A DNA stretch of 64,000 bases, from the NCBI GenBank assembly GCA_037447605.1, contig CM074808.1, positions 1,116,001-1,180,000 of the forward strand. Reading direction: 5' to 3'. Each line of letters begins with the position of its first letter. Positions within the stretch are counted from its first letter, which is position 1. Both the position numbers and the translations under genes were made by a program. The notes below the pieces were generated by a model. It was not told the DNA's origin, searched no databases, and saw nothing but the letters and a program-made list of their open reading frames with translations. Source of the stretch: Zygnema circumcarinatum SAG 698-1b (Eukaryota > Plantae > Zygnematophyceae). This document shows, piece by piece, positions 35,167 to 48,030 of the stretch.

Positions 35167-35608
35167 GAATCCTCTTTTTTTAAGGGTGCTCTGGGAGAGA
35201 AATTCTGTGTGTAGATGTTAATTTCCAGCCGGTAAGGCCCGCCGTGACTGGCTTAAGTCGAGCATTTTGCGCTGTTTCCAATATTTCATTTGCGTGCCAC
35301 AGCGTGTGAAGGCTTGGAAACGAGAGGGGTATGGTGGCATTGGAGGAGCTTGGGGTTGGGGGTCGCGATCTGTTCATCGGCAATAGAAGTGGTGGCAACT
35401 TAGGCGCGATCTTTAGTCGCAACGAACGAACCATACGACAGTTCTAACTAAACCATACCTCTCTGGACATTGGTACGAATGGAAGTACCTAAGTGGGGTT
35501 AGATGCAAGCGGAAGCCTTCTTCATTGGGGGGGGGTTATCGACTGAAATATGACCAGCGGCAGAAAATATAAAGAAAAATGTGATTAAAAAAATCATTTA
35601 AAAAAAAA

Positions 35609-36666
35609 GGGAAATGATACAGCGGCCCCACTTTTTGGATATCGGCGCCCCCCTTTTGGGAAAAGTTGTACTTTTTTTTTTGGCTAATCACCCCCCCCCC
35701 TTGGATCTTTCGGGAGGAGAGATCTTGTAGACAATCGGACCCCGCGCCTCGCGCGCAGGATCCGACCGTGCACCGACGTACGGCGCCGCGCATCGCGGCG
35801 CGGCCCGCGAGATGCGGCGAGCCTACGGAAAAGTTGTCCTCACCTGACCCTTTTGGGTCAGTGGTTGCCACGTGGCATTCTGCCATTGGACAGCCCTGCT
35901 GCCGGTCCCACATGCCGACACAGTGGACCCCCATAATATTTTCGCCATGGTTTCGGCAAATACTGGGCGAAAATATTGTAATTTGCAAATATAAGGTCCG
36001 TGTTACCAATAGGCGAGCGGTATTCTGTTAGAATTCATGTCTGTTCGTACGTATCGTATCGTATCGTATCGTATCGTATCGTATTGTGGTTTAGATACAC
36101 GAGCTCCTTTGGTGCCGTACGTATACCGTACGACTTAGAGATTTTAGTCGTACATACCGTACAGCGTAAAGCGTGACCCATGTTTGAAATCCGTTTCGAT
36201 TAACAGATTTTGTATGGGAGAATAGGTCAGGTTAGGTTAACACCCCTAATACGTTAACATTGAGTTACCGTACAAAAAGGTGGTTTCGGCAAAATCGGGG
36301 CGAATTTCTTGGGGACGCACTGTACAAGGTGGAAAATATTATGGGGGTCCACTGTATCGGCATGGTGGACCGGCAGCAGGGATGTCCAATGGCAGACTGC
36401 CACGTGGCAACCACTGATCCAAATGGGTCAGGTGAGGACAACGTTTCCGTAGGCTCGCCGCATCTCGCGGGCCACGCGGCGATGCGCGGCGCCGTACGTC
36501 GGAGCACAGTCGGATCCTGCGCGCGAGGCGCGGGGTCCGATTGTCTACAAGATCTCTCCTCCCGAAAGATCCAAGGGGGGGGGGTGATTAGCCAAAAAAA
36601 AAAAGTACATTTTTTCCCAAAAGGGGGCGCCGATATCCAAAAAGTGGGGCCGCTGTATCATTTTCC
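35609..36666. mobile_element. Foldback / Mutator-like non-autonomous element with ~335-bp inverted arms
   Basis: Seen: arm 35609-35943 is a near-perfect reverse complement of 36332-36666. Termini GGGAAATG / CATTTTCC, A9 on both flanks (possible 9-bp TSD), and a 388-bp spacer containing (GTATC)6. Long G-starting TIRs with a 9-bp TSD fit the Mutator superfamily (inference). Confidence 0.82.
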
Positions 36667-37004
36667 AAAAAAAAAATCACTTTATTCTTCAAAAGCTTAA
36701 CTAATATTTGCTGAAGTGTGGTCCAATCACTTTTCCAAGTCATTTGCCTGTGACAGAGAAACTCCTCAAGTCCTTCGTGGTTCCACATTTTGCTTTTGTC
36801 CATGTACATTTGATGGCCTCGCCATCGCGAGTTCAATGAAAGTTCCTTCCTCAAGTAATTAATCGATGGCTATGAACTGTTCCTCTATGAACCAGCCACG
36901 GTTAGTGGCATGCCCCTGCTTTAGTCACCAGTCATGACTAGTCCGACTTTTGTCCCCGCTTGACCCCCAGCGCGCATGTGCCCAGCCAGGTGGCCCGTTC
37001 CCTC

Positions 37005-37140
37005 GCCGACCACCTGCCACGTGGACTAAGCATGCTGCCATGTCGGACTAAAACTACACGTGGCGATTCCTTTTTCTGCCACGTGTTTTCCTCGGCCGCA
37101 GAGCGCGTCACTCGACCCTCGAATCGAGTGTCCACGTGGC
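37005..37140. promoter_or_regulatory. ABRE/G-box plus DRE cluster upstream of DSI-1VOC
   Basis: Seen: CACGTG at 37018, 37057, 37080 and 37133 (two followed by GC, giving ACGTGGC) and GCCGAC at 37005-37010, 130-270 bp before the ATG. Confidence 0.65.
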
Positions 37141-37270
37141 GCGCCCCGTGGACCCGCCCCTGCAAACTGCGGCGGAGGGGGGAAGGAGAGGGAGAGGGAA
37201 AGGGAGAGGAGCGGAGGGAGGAGGGAGCGGAGGAAGGTGAGCGGAAGGAAAGAGGAGTCCGGTGGCGGCC

Positions 37271-38151
37271 ATGGCGGCCCATCTGGCGTACGTTGTGTGC
37301 TATGTGAAGGATGTGCCGCGCGCAGTGAATTTTTATGAGAGAGCTTTCTCACTGAAGTTGCGCTACATGGACAACAGCCGCAAGTAAGAGCTCAGGCTGC
37401 TACCCTCCGCTGACCAAGTCCCACCATGCGTAGCCCGCGTGGGTGGATTCTGTGTGAAACTTGCTGTTTCTTTGCTTCCAGCAGTCGGGTACAATAAATG
37501 CACCCGCGCCGGAAATAGGGCATTTTGAATATGCGAACGATTTGAATAAGAAACAGTTTAATTGTCTTGTTGCGACAGATGGGCGGAGTTTGAAACGGGG
37601 CCAACCACGCTGGCCTTCACTCCCGAGGAGCAGCGCGAGGTGGCGCTGCGAGGAGGCACCACTTCAACTGCGCACCCTCACAACGTGGAGATTGCGTTGA
37701 ACGTCGACGACGTGCATGCCGCATACAAGGTCGACTACCCCCTTCAGTTCACCCTCCCGATTTCTGAATTGAATTCATATGTATACCTCACTTATGAACT
37801 GGTGAAACAAAGGCTGTTGTTTAAGTATTTTCAGAAGAAGATATTGGTTGAGCTGGATCTGCCCGCCACGCCTTGAAATTGCCGAATGCCTGCTTGCCTT
37901 CAAGCTGAAATTAGTCGTCTCAATCTGTTTGCCAAAATCCTTTCATCGGAGTCATTAGCACCCCTGATAGAATGGTTGTAATTTGGCATTGTTGGGGTCG
38001 TGTTCTTCGTCAGCATGCTGTCGGCGTGGGCGCGACTTCTGTAGCAACGCCGGAGCCAAAGCCATGGGGACAGACTGCTGGCTTCCTCCGTGATCCCGAC
38101 GGAATTGTAATCCGCCTCGGCTCTCATGTCGACGAATCAAAGATGAAATAA
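37271..38151 (+). CDS. DSI-1VOC: Desiccation-induced VOC/glyoxalase-fold protein (At1g07645-like), 3 exons
   Basis: Seen: MAAHLAYVVCYVKDVPRAVNFYERAF | WAEFETGPTTLAFTP...DDVHAAYK | HAVGVGA...KPWGQTAGFLRDPDGIVIRLGSHV*. This matches the recalled DSI-1VOC family pattern. Confidence 0.88.
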
Positions 38152-39013
38152 GCGCTTGTTGGTGGAAGGGACTGTGTACAGAAGAGACGCTGCAGCAGTG
38201 TCAATTAGATAAAAGAAAAATTGACCCTTTGATGATTGCGACAAGTTTTGCAAGTTCTTGTGTATACGTCCAGTTTGTCCAGTGGCAAGCTAATCCGTTT
38301 ATAACAAGCAGCGGGGGAAGTGTATATAGCAAGGACAGGGTTCCGAGCACTGCCCGTGGTGGAAGTCAAAAGAACGCGAAGATGATTCTTTCGAGCATTG
38401 AGCTGAATATCTGCTTATGCGGCTGTCCTATAAATTGATCTGTTTGTATATATAGCGCCGTGGAAAGTCCAGGTTTCAGACCATTTTTGACCGATTCCCT
38501 TGCATTGATCGCGGGGCAATTTATCATTATTTTGCTCAAATCCATTCGGGAGGCACACATGCTTTTGGATGCTTTCATGCGATCAACAAGGAAAAGGGCA
38601 CAGACAAACAAATGAAAAAAAGTCGTCGAAGTTGGCTACTATGTCATCAGGTGTGGCTACTTTGTGTTCAAAACTGTCTTGATCTCTTTGAAACCCAACA
38701 CGGTCAACAAAAGTTGAAAAATAGAAATCATTGCCGAGAAAATCACAAAAAAATGCATTTTGAACGGGTAACACAACCGACGATAGGTCCTCCCTCGAAC
38801 AAAAATTAGGACGGTACTATCCCCAATCAGGCGTGCGGCGACTTCTACTTCAAACTTTCACTTCAACAGTGGAGACGACATCGTGGCCAGTAACTTGTTC
38901 CACCTGAGGGCATCACTTCTCGCCGCCTATGAAGAGGAAAATATGACTCTACTAAATTATGTACATAACGAAGCACTGCATACTCTCCCTCTAAACAACG
39001 AGTCGAGACAAAC

Positions 39014-40265
39014 TCAGGTCTTTTGAAAGAGAGACTTTATCCACCATCCGCCCCCGTCGTTTTTCACCGCAGGCTCGCCTTCCCCTTCATGCTCTGTGCG
39101 CTTCAGCCGGCTCACATCGTAGCCCTGCTGAGTCGCAGCATCAAGGAGCCCGTTGTAAACCTCATCCGCCATTTCAGGCTTCCTCGAAAGAACCTGGAAA
39201 CCAGTCACAGTACAGAGGTTTCAGCCTAGACCCGGCAGACTTCCACCTCTTGGAAAGGAAAGGCAAAAGCAAGGTGATAACATAAAGACGGCAAGGTTCA
39301 TACAAACATGAAAGCAATTCCCCAAAAAACATGCAAAAACAGGAAAACATCCGCCGAATGTGGGATGTCAGAAGAGCACAAAAGTAGCCTTACCCAGAGA
39401 TTTTTTCGAGTAGGCTGACCCACCAAAGCATATTCATATCCCTCCTTGTCTAGCGCCAGAATCCAATAATCACCATGCACTGTGAACAATGGCAGGAACG
39501 GTGGTACTCGGAACTGCACTATCAGCTTAGCCTCATCACTGCTTGGGTCGACTTTCCATGCCTTTCCCTACACCCCAAACGAAAGTCCGAGGTGAGTTGA
39601 TGATCCACTTTCACCTTTTAGTTTATACCATAGCATGACAAGACTTAACAACAGCACGATAAAGAGACATACGAAAGCATCGACTAGTTAGTGCCAGAAA
39701 CAGTCCCTGCTTGAAAGAGACGGAAAATGCTCCGAAGTATTCTACCTAAGACGCCTTTAATCAAACCTTCCCCACATTCATCAAGTCACTGGTTACACTT
39801 TTGCGTTGAATTTCAAGTTTACCCTGCCTAAATCCTGGTCCTGTTCCCATCTTGTAATAGAAACAGTTGTTTCTTGAAAACGACGAAGCGTGGAAAGAGA
39901 AGTCTCACCAAAGCCGAGGAACACACGGTAATTTCAGGCACACGGCGCAGTTTAAATGCACACTACAGCGGCCTGCTCGTAGGTGGAAAGCCTGCACAAA
40001 AAACCTCATATCTGCAATCGTCCCCCAACCTGCTATAGGTTATGCTGCAGAGGCATACCTCAATAGAGCCTCGCTTTCCGTCAGTCCATGTCTCGTTGAG
40101 GACTCCGACGGTGCCATCTTCCTTCAGCGTGTACGTGGCTCGCGTGTTGATCCCGTTCTTAGGTTGAAACCGAGAAGGAATGGAGGCGATTTCGTACCAT
40201 CTGCCCATGTAACGCTCGAGGTCTGCGCCCCTGACGGCTTCTACAGGCTGTACCTTCGTAGCCAT
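39014..40265 (-). CDS. TIL: Temperature-induced lipocalin, 3 exons
   Basis: Seen: DLERYMGRWYEIASIPSRFQPKNGINTRATY, AKLIVQFRVPPFLP...GDYWILALD...YALVGQPTRKNLW | VLSRKPEM...GYDVSRL...GGWWIKSLF*. These are the lipocalin conserved regions and the TIL-type C-terminus. Confidence 0.93.
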
Positions 40266-40562
40266 GGCTTCCTGCCCTTGATTCCAGCTGAGCAACGACT
40301 CTGCTCACAGCAAGAACGACGCCGGACAGACTCAAGAGTGCAGCCGGCGAGACTGTGAGCCGCTTCCGTCCTGAAGCCTCGGGAGGCTGCAAGCCTCGTC
40401 ATTGTCGTGCGAGGAAAGCCACGCGGTGACGGGGCCTCGGCTGACAGCGCAGCGCAGTCAGTGCCGGCACGCACACACTGCAAAAAGGGCAACCTTCACA
40501 TTTACTGTACGTTCACACTTTCACTCCGTACAGTGCGACAATCTTAGCTTACAGTACAGTAA

Positions 40563-40736
40563 GCAGTCCTCATATTTTCCACCCTGTACAGTGCGTCCCC
40601 AAGAAATTCGCCCTGAAACCACTTTTTTGTACGGTAACTCTGTGTCAGCCGTACTATTCGTTCTATCCGTATTATTCGTACTACTGTATCCGTACAGCCA
40701 GCAGTCCTCATATTTTCCACCCCGTACAGTGCGTCC
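40563..40736. repeat. Dispersed repeat module upstream of TIL, homologous (reverse strand) to the foldback spacer; target of LTR element B
   Basis: Seen: 40572-40630 is the reverse complement of ~36265-36340. GCAGTCCTCATATTTTCCACCC(T/C)GTACAGTGCGTCC occurs at 40563 and 40701; the second copy is cut by the LTR and resumes at 45093. Confidence 0.75.
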
Positions 40737-43700
40737 TGTAGCACAAGATAAGTGGGGTTAAACAAAGACTGCTGAGCTAGCTGCAGGTGCTGTACGGCCA
40801 CACGCGCGTCCGTGCTGAAACTAATGAAGGGTTGGGTTGGTTCTGTGGGTCTGCCTGCAGCATAGAGCCAGGATCCGGGGGATTCAGAGGTACGCGCAGC
40901 GGAAGACGTAGGGATCCTGAAGATGTTCCCACCGGCGGCTGGACTCGATGCGCGAAGAGCCCTTCCTTGGGGGCTCTCTTCCCCTATNNNNNNNNNNTGA
41001 GCCAATCTGAGCCCAGCAGAATAGAATAGTGTTCAGCGGCTGTGATGACTGCATTCACTGTGGCTCCCATCTCGCCAAGACTGATGACCACTTGGGCGCT
41101 TCCCAATCCTTCATGTAAGCTCCCTTCAACTCCCACATATCGGGGGATGGGCTCAAGCGTCTTGTCTAACTTGACCCCTGCCGCCTTCATCACGGGCTTG
41201 GACAGAACTGTGCGCATAGCCCCCGTGTCGATCATGGCTTTGCTGGGATGACCGTTGAGCCATACATTGACAATGATCCGCACGTTGGGCGTTGGGATGA
41301 AGGATCGGGCTCTGGCGAGGGGATGGCGAGGGCGGTGCGGGTGTCGAGGCGCCCGTGGCCATGTGGTGATGAATATCGGCCGGCGAGGGGCGTCGGGAAG
41401 GAGAAAATGTCACGCCAAGGCTGTGGCGGCCTTGAGGTTCCAGCCTCACACCTTTGTCGGCCCGGCTTCGAGAGCTACGGCGGCCTGAGTACAACATCAA
41501 AAGCATGACAAAGGCAATACCCGATCTTAGCCTTATCACCCATGAGTTGATGAACCATGGGTGTCGAGGATAGGCCAAATGCGTCGGGGGTGAGTGCGAC
41601 GATCAGTACCAGGGGTAGAAACAGGCTGCGAGGCGGTGGGGAGGGTTGGCGATGCATCTCTTAGGTCCTTGCGTGGCGTCGCTACGAATTGCGCGGCTAG
41701 CCGGTTCCACCATTTAGAGATCTTGATGTCCTCGGGCGAGGATCCCGAGGGAGGAGACCCGTGGAGAGGATGGCCCGAAGTTAACCCCGGGCCGGGGGTG
41801 GCGACCGATGGGCGGAGGAAGCTGGCAGCGTGGCATTGGCGAGGGAGGAATGGCGAGGATGAGAATAGGGGATCACCTCGGTTGGCCGAGGGGAACTGCG
41901 AGAAGAGGCGGTTGCAATCTGGCGATCGGGCTTGACACCGGCTTACCGAAGTGATGGGGATTACGACAAAGCGGTTGAAATGCCGGCAACCTGAAGCGGT
42001 CGCGTGTCAGGCGGCGGGGTCGAGGTAGCGGCACAATACGTTTGGCGGGGAAGGGGAGTCCGTGGGGTGCGGATGGATGGGTGGTGCGTTGCGGGGATGG
42101 TGTAGCGGGTGAAGAAGGCGTCGAGGCGAAAGGGGAGCGGTGTTCTTGATGGTGTGGGAGCAGCCGGGAGCATATCCATGAAAGTGATCTCGGCTGGTGA
42201 GTTCCCTGCCGCTGCCTCTTTCCCTTTTCGGGCCTTCTCACTTGAGAGTCTCGGCATGCACACACGGGCATCATGTCCCGTGATCTGGCAGAATGTGCAG
42301 GTCCATGGTCCGCAACGCAGCCGTGGATTGTGAGTTAGGCCGAGGCGAACCCAGGAGGCACGCCCTGCAGGGGACCCATATCCTTGCGGCGCGGTCGGCC
42401 ACGGCGGCTTCTCTCTCGCCGAGGCGTGCGGTCCGGAATAAGGCCCGATATCACGGAAGCAGCGACCATACGGTAGCGAGATTCCGCTGCCCATTCAATG
42501 GGATGCGCGGATCATGAGGGGGTATGGGGAAGGGGAAGGGGCTTGGTTGTGTTGGCTATAGCGGTACACCACGAGGCTGTCCGGCGTCTGGCGATGGCGG
42601 GAGGAAGGCTTGTTAGGTAGATGTGGCGTAGGGATGAGAGCGGTGATTACATTGTCTTGAGGCTGGCGGTAAGAGTCGATCTTGTGGGTGGATACGTAGC
42701 GTTCATGCCAATGTGGTCTTACATGTGGGGTTGCCTCTCTGCTTGATCGCGCCACGAGGGTAAACACGCCTGTCCCGGCCAAGCACAGGCATGGTGGAGT
42801 TGTCGCCTTACGGCTCCGATCCAGTGGAGATCAGCAGCTACCGGCTGATGGCCTTGCGGAACCAGCACTTTGGAGCACCCGGAAAAAGTCGGGCAAGTTC
42901 TCGATCGTATTTGCCATGCGCACAAAGCGCACAGTGAATTCAAACAGCCGCTCATCACTGTAGCATTCGATGTAGCGAAGTCGGTCAAGCACAGTGATCG
43001 GATCTGAAATCCAACGTTGTCTGAAAGCTTGCTTGAATGTGTCCCTTGTCGAGGTGGCGGCGACATCACGCTTTGTGCGATTTGGGGCGGCTTCGATTGG
43101 CGCCTGCGCCTTCGAGCTTTCCAAGGTAGCTTAAATCCATTGTAGTCTTGCCGAGATACACTTTCTTGTTGCCTTCTCCCTCAAGGTAATACCGGCGAAC
43201 TGCGCATCTTCACTGCCCGGTGAAGCCGCCTCTAGTGATGATACCCGTGGTATCACCTCACTCTTTTGAGAATCAAAATTTATCAATTTGGTCATCATCT
43301 CTTCCATCGCTGGCACAGGGAAACTTCAGTCGGGCTAGGTATTAGCCCATTCGAGGTTGGTCACTTGGCTGGAGGGTCCTTCGCGATCGTCACGCCCTTG
43401 CCCGGCCCGCTTCGCTGGGGCTGCTTGGGATGGGTAAGTAAAGTGGCCCGCAGGAGGTGAGGGGTGTCTTCGATTCCCGCCTTGCTTTCCTATTGTAGGA
43501 GCTAGCGTGCGGTGCGGTGCTGAAGGACTCCCAGTGCGGTGGTTATCCGGCCGAGATCCGTGGAGTTGTTTGCAAGGGCCTTGAGGGGGACCTCGAGATT
43601 CGAACGGTACTCCTCTGCTTCCGCGGCATGGCGGCCGTGGCAGCCTGGGCAAATTTGCCGGCTTGATCATCGCGGCGTCGCGTCTTGCCGGCGTAGTTGG

Positions 43701-45092
43701 TGGCCATGTTACTGAAGCCGTGAATTATTTGCGTCTTCAATGCGACTTCGATCTCTGCTCAAGGTAAAGCGGGCCCGGGATAAGGGTTTATAACCCGGTG
43801 ATGCCCATTTTGATTAAGCTCTCATTTGCCTCTTCCTCTGATGCAGATAAGGTCACCAGTTTCCGTCCTTGTTCTTCTTCTTGAGGTGCGAGTCTTCCCT
43901 CACGAACTCACCCGATGAATACGCGCCCTGCTAGCTGCCGACTCTTCATCATGGCGAGGCTGTGACCGCAGCGGGCCACGGATGCGGCAGCCCCTCACTA
44001 TCAAAGATGCGTGTGGATCACGCAAAACCCGGCTCGATACCAAGATAAGTGGGGTTAAAGCGAGAAGCTGTGGCGAGCTGGGCTGCCGGTCTTTACGTAA
44101 TGTCTGACCACCGCAGCGTCCGTCTTTGAAACTAATGAAGGAGTTGGGTTGGTTACGTGGGTGCACTGCTGACATAGAGCCGAGGTCCGGTTGAGAGGTA
44201 TACCTTGTGCGAGAGCGTAAAGGGATCGAAGATGTTTACCCATTTGGCAGCGGACTCGATCTTGGCGAAGAGCCTTCCTTGGGGGCTCTCTTCCCTATCC
44301 TCTTGGCGGTCTCTTAGGCCCCGAGGCTTCTAGTTATCATGGGTCATTTGGAATGGCGTATTAGGAACTTGAATTGGGACAAGATGGCGGCTTTTGCATA
44401 GTAACTGACAAGAGCTTGATGCTCCCAGCAAGATAAGGTTGCATTTTGGAAACTCCCACTTGACCCGGCCGGTTGGGTGGGGATCATTCTGATGAAATTG
44501 TCTTCTCACTTTGAAATCTTTGTCTAAATTTTGAATGGGACGTCTAAATCGCGGTCGGCAAAGAAGACTCTTTCTCTCTCTCTCTCTCTCTGTCATGGCA
44601 TGGAACTCTCTCTCTCTCTTCTCTTATAGCATCACATTCTTTTTGTGGCGAAGAGCAAAGGAAAAAGAGAAGAAGAAGAACAAGAAGACAAAGCACACAG
44701 CAAATACAAATCTTAAGCCCGACACTAAAAGACAAAAGCGGCATCCAGCGACATCCATCTACTTAGCTGTGACAATAGATCTTGAGTCTAGGTGGCAGGT
44801 CCACTGATTGGCCCACTTGCCCTTGAGGAAGAGCTTTGGCCCGACTTCGTGGAGCCTTGGGATAGGTCAGCCGTGATAATGGCCCGGCATCTTCTGCCCG
44901 GCGCCCAGGTGTGCCTTCTTTGGATGGTGTGTGCGTTCAGTGGGCCCGCCAGCACGCGCCCTTAGCGCCCGTCTCCGATCTCGTTGGCGGCTCACGAGAT
45001 TCCGTTGATCCATTGTAGCGGAAGATCGCATCACGTCGAAGTACAATCGAGCGAGCAAATCCGTTTGAAACGCCCGCCAGATTACGCTCACA
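40737..45092 (-). mobile_element. Ty3/gypsy-type non-autonomous LTR element B (TR-GAG-like): 5'LTR 45092-44043, PBS, gag, CCHC knuckle, aspartic protease, N-gap, 3'LTR end
   Basis: Seen: gag-like TFKQAFRQRWISDPITVLDRL (~43050-42900), CTFCQITGHDARVC (42299-42258), protease AMIDTGAMRTV...LLGSDWL (41283-41000), N-gap 40988-40997, and a 3'LTR end reading ...GTGCTACA (40737). GTCC flanks both ends (40733-36 and 45093-96). Confidence 0.85.
44025..44042 (-). other. Primer-binding site complementary to initiator tRNA-Met (element B); degenerate copy at 46100 in element C/A
   Basis: Seen: minus strand TGGTATCGAGCCGGGTTT. Established plant tRNA-iMet PBS is TGGTATCAGAGCCAGGTTT, so one deletion and one mismatch. 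Confidence 0.75.
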
Positions 45093-47313
45093 GTCCCAAT
45101 TCGCCCCCATTTTGCGAAGCCCACCTTTTTTTGTCACGGTAACTTCCGGTGTTACTTGGTACTACCGTCTTATTCATTACCTCCTAAAACCCTAGAAACC
45201 TTTGTAGCGTAGCGAGGGCTGGGTACGGCGGTTGCGTGGGATTCGGTGTACTTGACGCTATGCCTCTTTAATTGTCGCGGATCGCGCCCGGAATCCAAGA
45301 ACGCCAGCGAGGAGGTGAGAAGCGGCGCCACATGCGTTGGCGGTCCGCAGGCGGCACACTATCGGCAAAACGCGCACTTTCGGACACGCTGCAGGCCGCA
45401 TTATCGACTCGATTATTAAGCATGGCCTCGGCTCTGGCCTGAGCAGGCGGTTGGCCAGCTCGGCTGTCACTACTGGGCACTCAAGATGCATTGTCGATGG
45501 CATGGAAGGACTGTCCGTGATGCTTTATTAGTCTTTGGGCTTGTATTTGTATTTGCTGTGTGTTGTCTTGTTCTTCTTTCCTCTTTTTCGCTTCCTCTTA
45601 GAGTTACGACAGCGAATAACTATGAAGAAGAGAAAGAGAAGGATTCCAACCGCCCAAATAGAAGAGAAGAAGAAGAAGAAGAGAGAGAATGCTTCTTTAG
45701 CATTAGCATTTTGAGGCGTCCCCGGCCGATTGGGCAAAGATTTTGCATTCATTATTCATTAATATTTTTCCCCGACGGCCATTTGAGCTGCAGGCATCAA
45801 TTCAAGCTCTGCCTTTATCACAAGTTGTGTCTTGTTTTTCCCGGCACATCAGCATAGCCCCAGCATACATCACCTGCATTACTCGATGACCGATGATGCA
45901 GAAGCACAAACTAGCGGCGAGAGGTCCCCAGGAAGAGTACTGCGCATCAAGTCGGCCGCGTAAGCGTCTTGAAATCCCTACGTCTTCCGTCGAGATCTTA
46001 TTTGCCGGCGGCGGCACAACTACGTCGGCCGCGGGCGCTCAGTGGCGTCACGGCCACTCTGCCGACAACCTCGGCAATCTCCTTTAACCCCACATATCTT
46101 GGTATGGGAGGCGAGAAGGTTTTGCGGATCCCGCTGCCTTGATGCGTGGGCTGCGATCTGGCGACCGTGTCCCGGCCGCCGTAGTGAAGAGCTGCAGCAG
46201 GACAGCGGTCTTCATGGCCAGAATGAGCACGGGACACTCAGAAAAACGGCGTCGAAATCAGGAGCGGTGGGGCTTCCGAGAGAAAGCGATGCGAGACAAA
46301 ATGAGCATCGCGAGCATATCCCGGTCGCTCTGCTGGCGGTCGGCGCTCGATAACTGCGGCGGCTCCAATCTGGCATTGATGGCCATGAAGCCACGTGACG
46401 GCCATGCGGATGGTCGGCTTGCAGCCTGCCCACGGTCGGCTGTCCCGCGGCTTTGCCGGGAATGCCGTGAAAATGGCGTCGCGCTACGGCGTGACCACGG
46501 AGGCGTACTTTCATGGTGATCTTTATGGTATCCCTTCATCTCAGCGCCTAGCGGATAGGTTAGGACGCTGCCAAGACCGCATGAGGTCTTGGGCTCGATC
46601 CTTGTTGCGTGCAGGGGATCTCTTTTGGATCGTACTGGTCGTCCGTACGGGTGTGCGGACGCCGACTGCTCACGGATCCCGCCGGCCAGAGATCTGGCAT
46701 GGCCCAGCGCAGCTCCCATGTGGCCCGGCGCCTGCGTAACGGCGCGACCCGCGGAGTCTTTGGTGGCATCTTTTGGCTTAACGTCTGCGTCGATGCTTTA
46801 TGCGGGGCCGGCGGCGAATGCGACTCTGTCCGGTTCCAAGCCGTCGTCATTTTACCCGGCGGCGGCAGCGGCGTCTCGACGCGCCCCGTGAGGATCTTGG
46901 CGGCGAGACCCGCGGGGCTTTGTCCTTAGCGGAATAGCTTCGGTTAGGATCTCCGCCTGCTGGCCGGGCTTTCACATTGAGCAGTCCGGCTCGGTCGCAC
47001 TCCATGGCGGTAGGGGTTCCAGCGGGGGAGGCAAAGGGGCTGCGCCGGATGGGAAGACCATCCGAGCTCTTTATACCAGCATTGAGCTCACGCTGCGACT
47101 CTCTCTCTCCACTCCTTCTCTCGCTGACCGCGCCCAGACTCTGAGCAGCACGCGGCGGGTTGTTACGTGAAAATATCCCGAGCGATTGCCGGTATTTGTA
47201 ATCCACCCTAAAANNNNNNNNNNNNNNNNNNNNNNNNNNNNNNNNNNNNNNNNNNNNNNNNNNNNNNNNNNNNNNNNNNNNNNNNNNNNNNNNNNNNNNN
47301 NNNNNNNNNNNNN

Positions 47314-48030
47314 CGAAAGAGATCCTCCGATTATCGACTAAGCAAAGCATGAGTACGCCCTTCCACCGACAGATGGCCAAACCGAAAGTGGGTGAACCGG
47401 ATTCTGGAAGACTATTTGAGGCATTATGTGGGACCCATCCCGGATGGATGGGATGAACTGCTCCCGGTGGCTGAGTATGCCATTAACAATGCATTCCAGG
47501 AATCAATCGGTACCACTCCTTTCTTCTTGAACTTTGGTCAGCATCCTCTAAATCCCCTGCAGCCAAGAGATCAGCAGCCAGATGTGTGGAACATGGATGT
47601 TCACGTGCTCCCGTGACCCGGGGCATGAGAGGAGCCGGGCGGAGTCAACCTCCCCGCCAAGTAGTAAGTGCTTTCTTATACCGGAAAATGTCCGGCGGCG
47701 CTACGTGAGGGCAAGGCACTCTCAAGTAGCGTGTACCCCGGCCGCGGCAGAAGCCTATGCCGATCGCCGCCGTAGCCGCATTAACCTTCGCCGTAGGCGC
47801 ATCGTGCATCGCCGAGCACGCCGAACTTGCGTCAAGACTTACGCACATGAACCCGGTAGTTGTGGCCTCAGCTTCATGGGACCTTTTGGTCGAAGCTACC
47901 CGGTGAGAGGTCGCTACCGTTGGCTTACCGGCCATATGAAAGTGCATCCGTCTTTCAATGCGGGTCTTCTTAAGGCATACCGCAGCGATGGGAGAGTCCA
48001 ACCACCTCCCCCTCCAGTGTGTTGTACAGC
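47314..48030 (+). pseudogene. Gypsy integrase, C-terminal part of core plus GPF/SH3-like tail (frameshifted)
   Basis: Seen: (Q)TDGQTE..NRILEDYLRHYVG...WDELLPVAEYAINNAFQESIGTTPFFLNFGQHP, then YADRRR, GPF, VHPSFNAGLLKAY and PPPPP. Confidence 0.85.

Noticed and set aside
35536-36700. Pair of near-identical 146-157 aa ORFs on opposite strands
   Set aside because: They are translations of the two inverted arms of the foldback element and show no protein motifs.
38440-38830. AT-rich block between DSI-1VOC and TIL, possible TE remnant
   Set aside because: No TIR, TSD or Helitron-type terminus could be supported.
29583-40265. Recent bacterial HGT island (MurB, DLH, VOC and lipocalin are all bacterial-type families)
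   Set aside because: All four have spliceosomal introns, host-type start contexts and plant orthologues, so they are ancient acquisitions with no operon-like signature.
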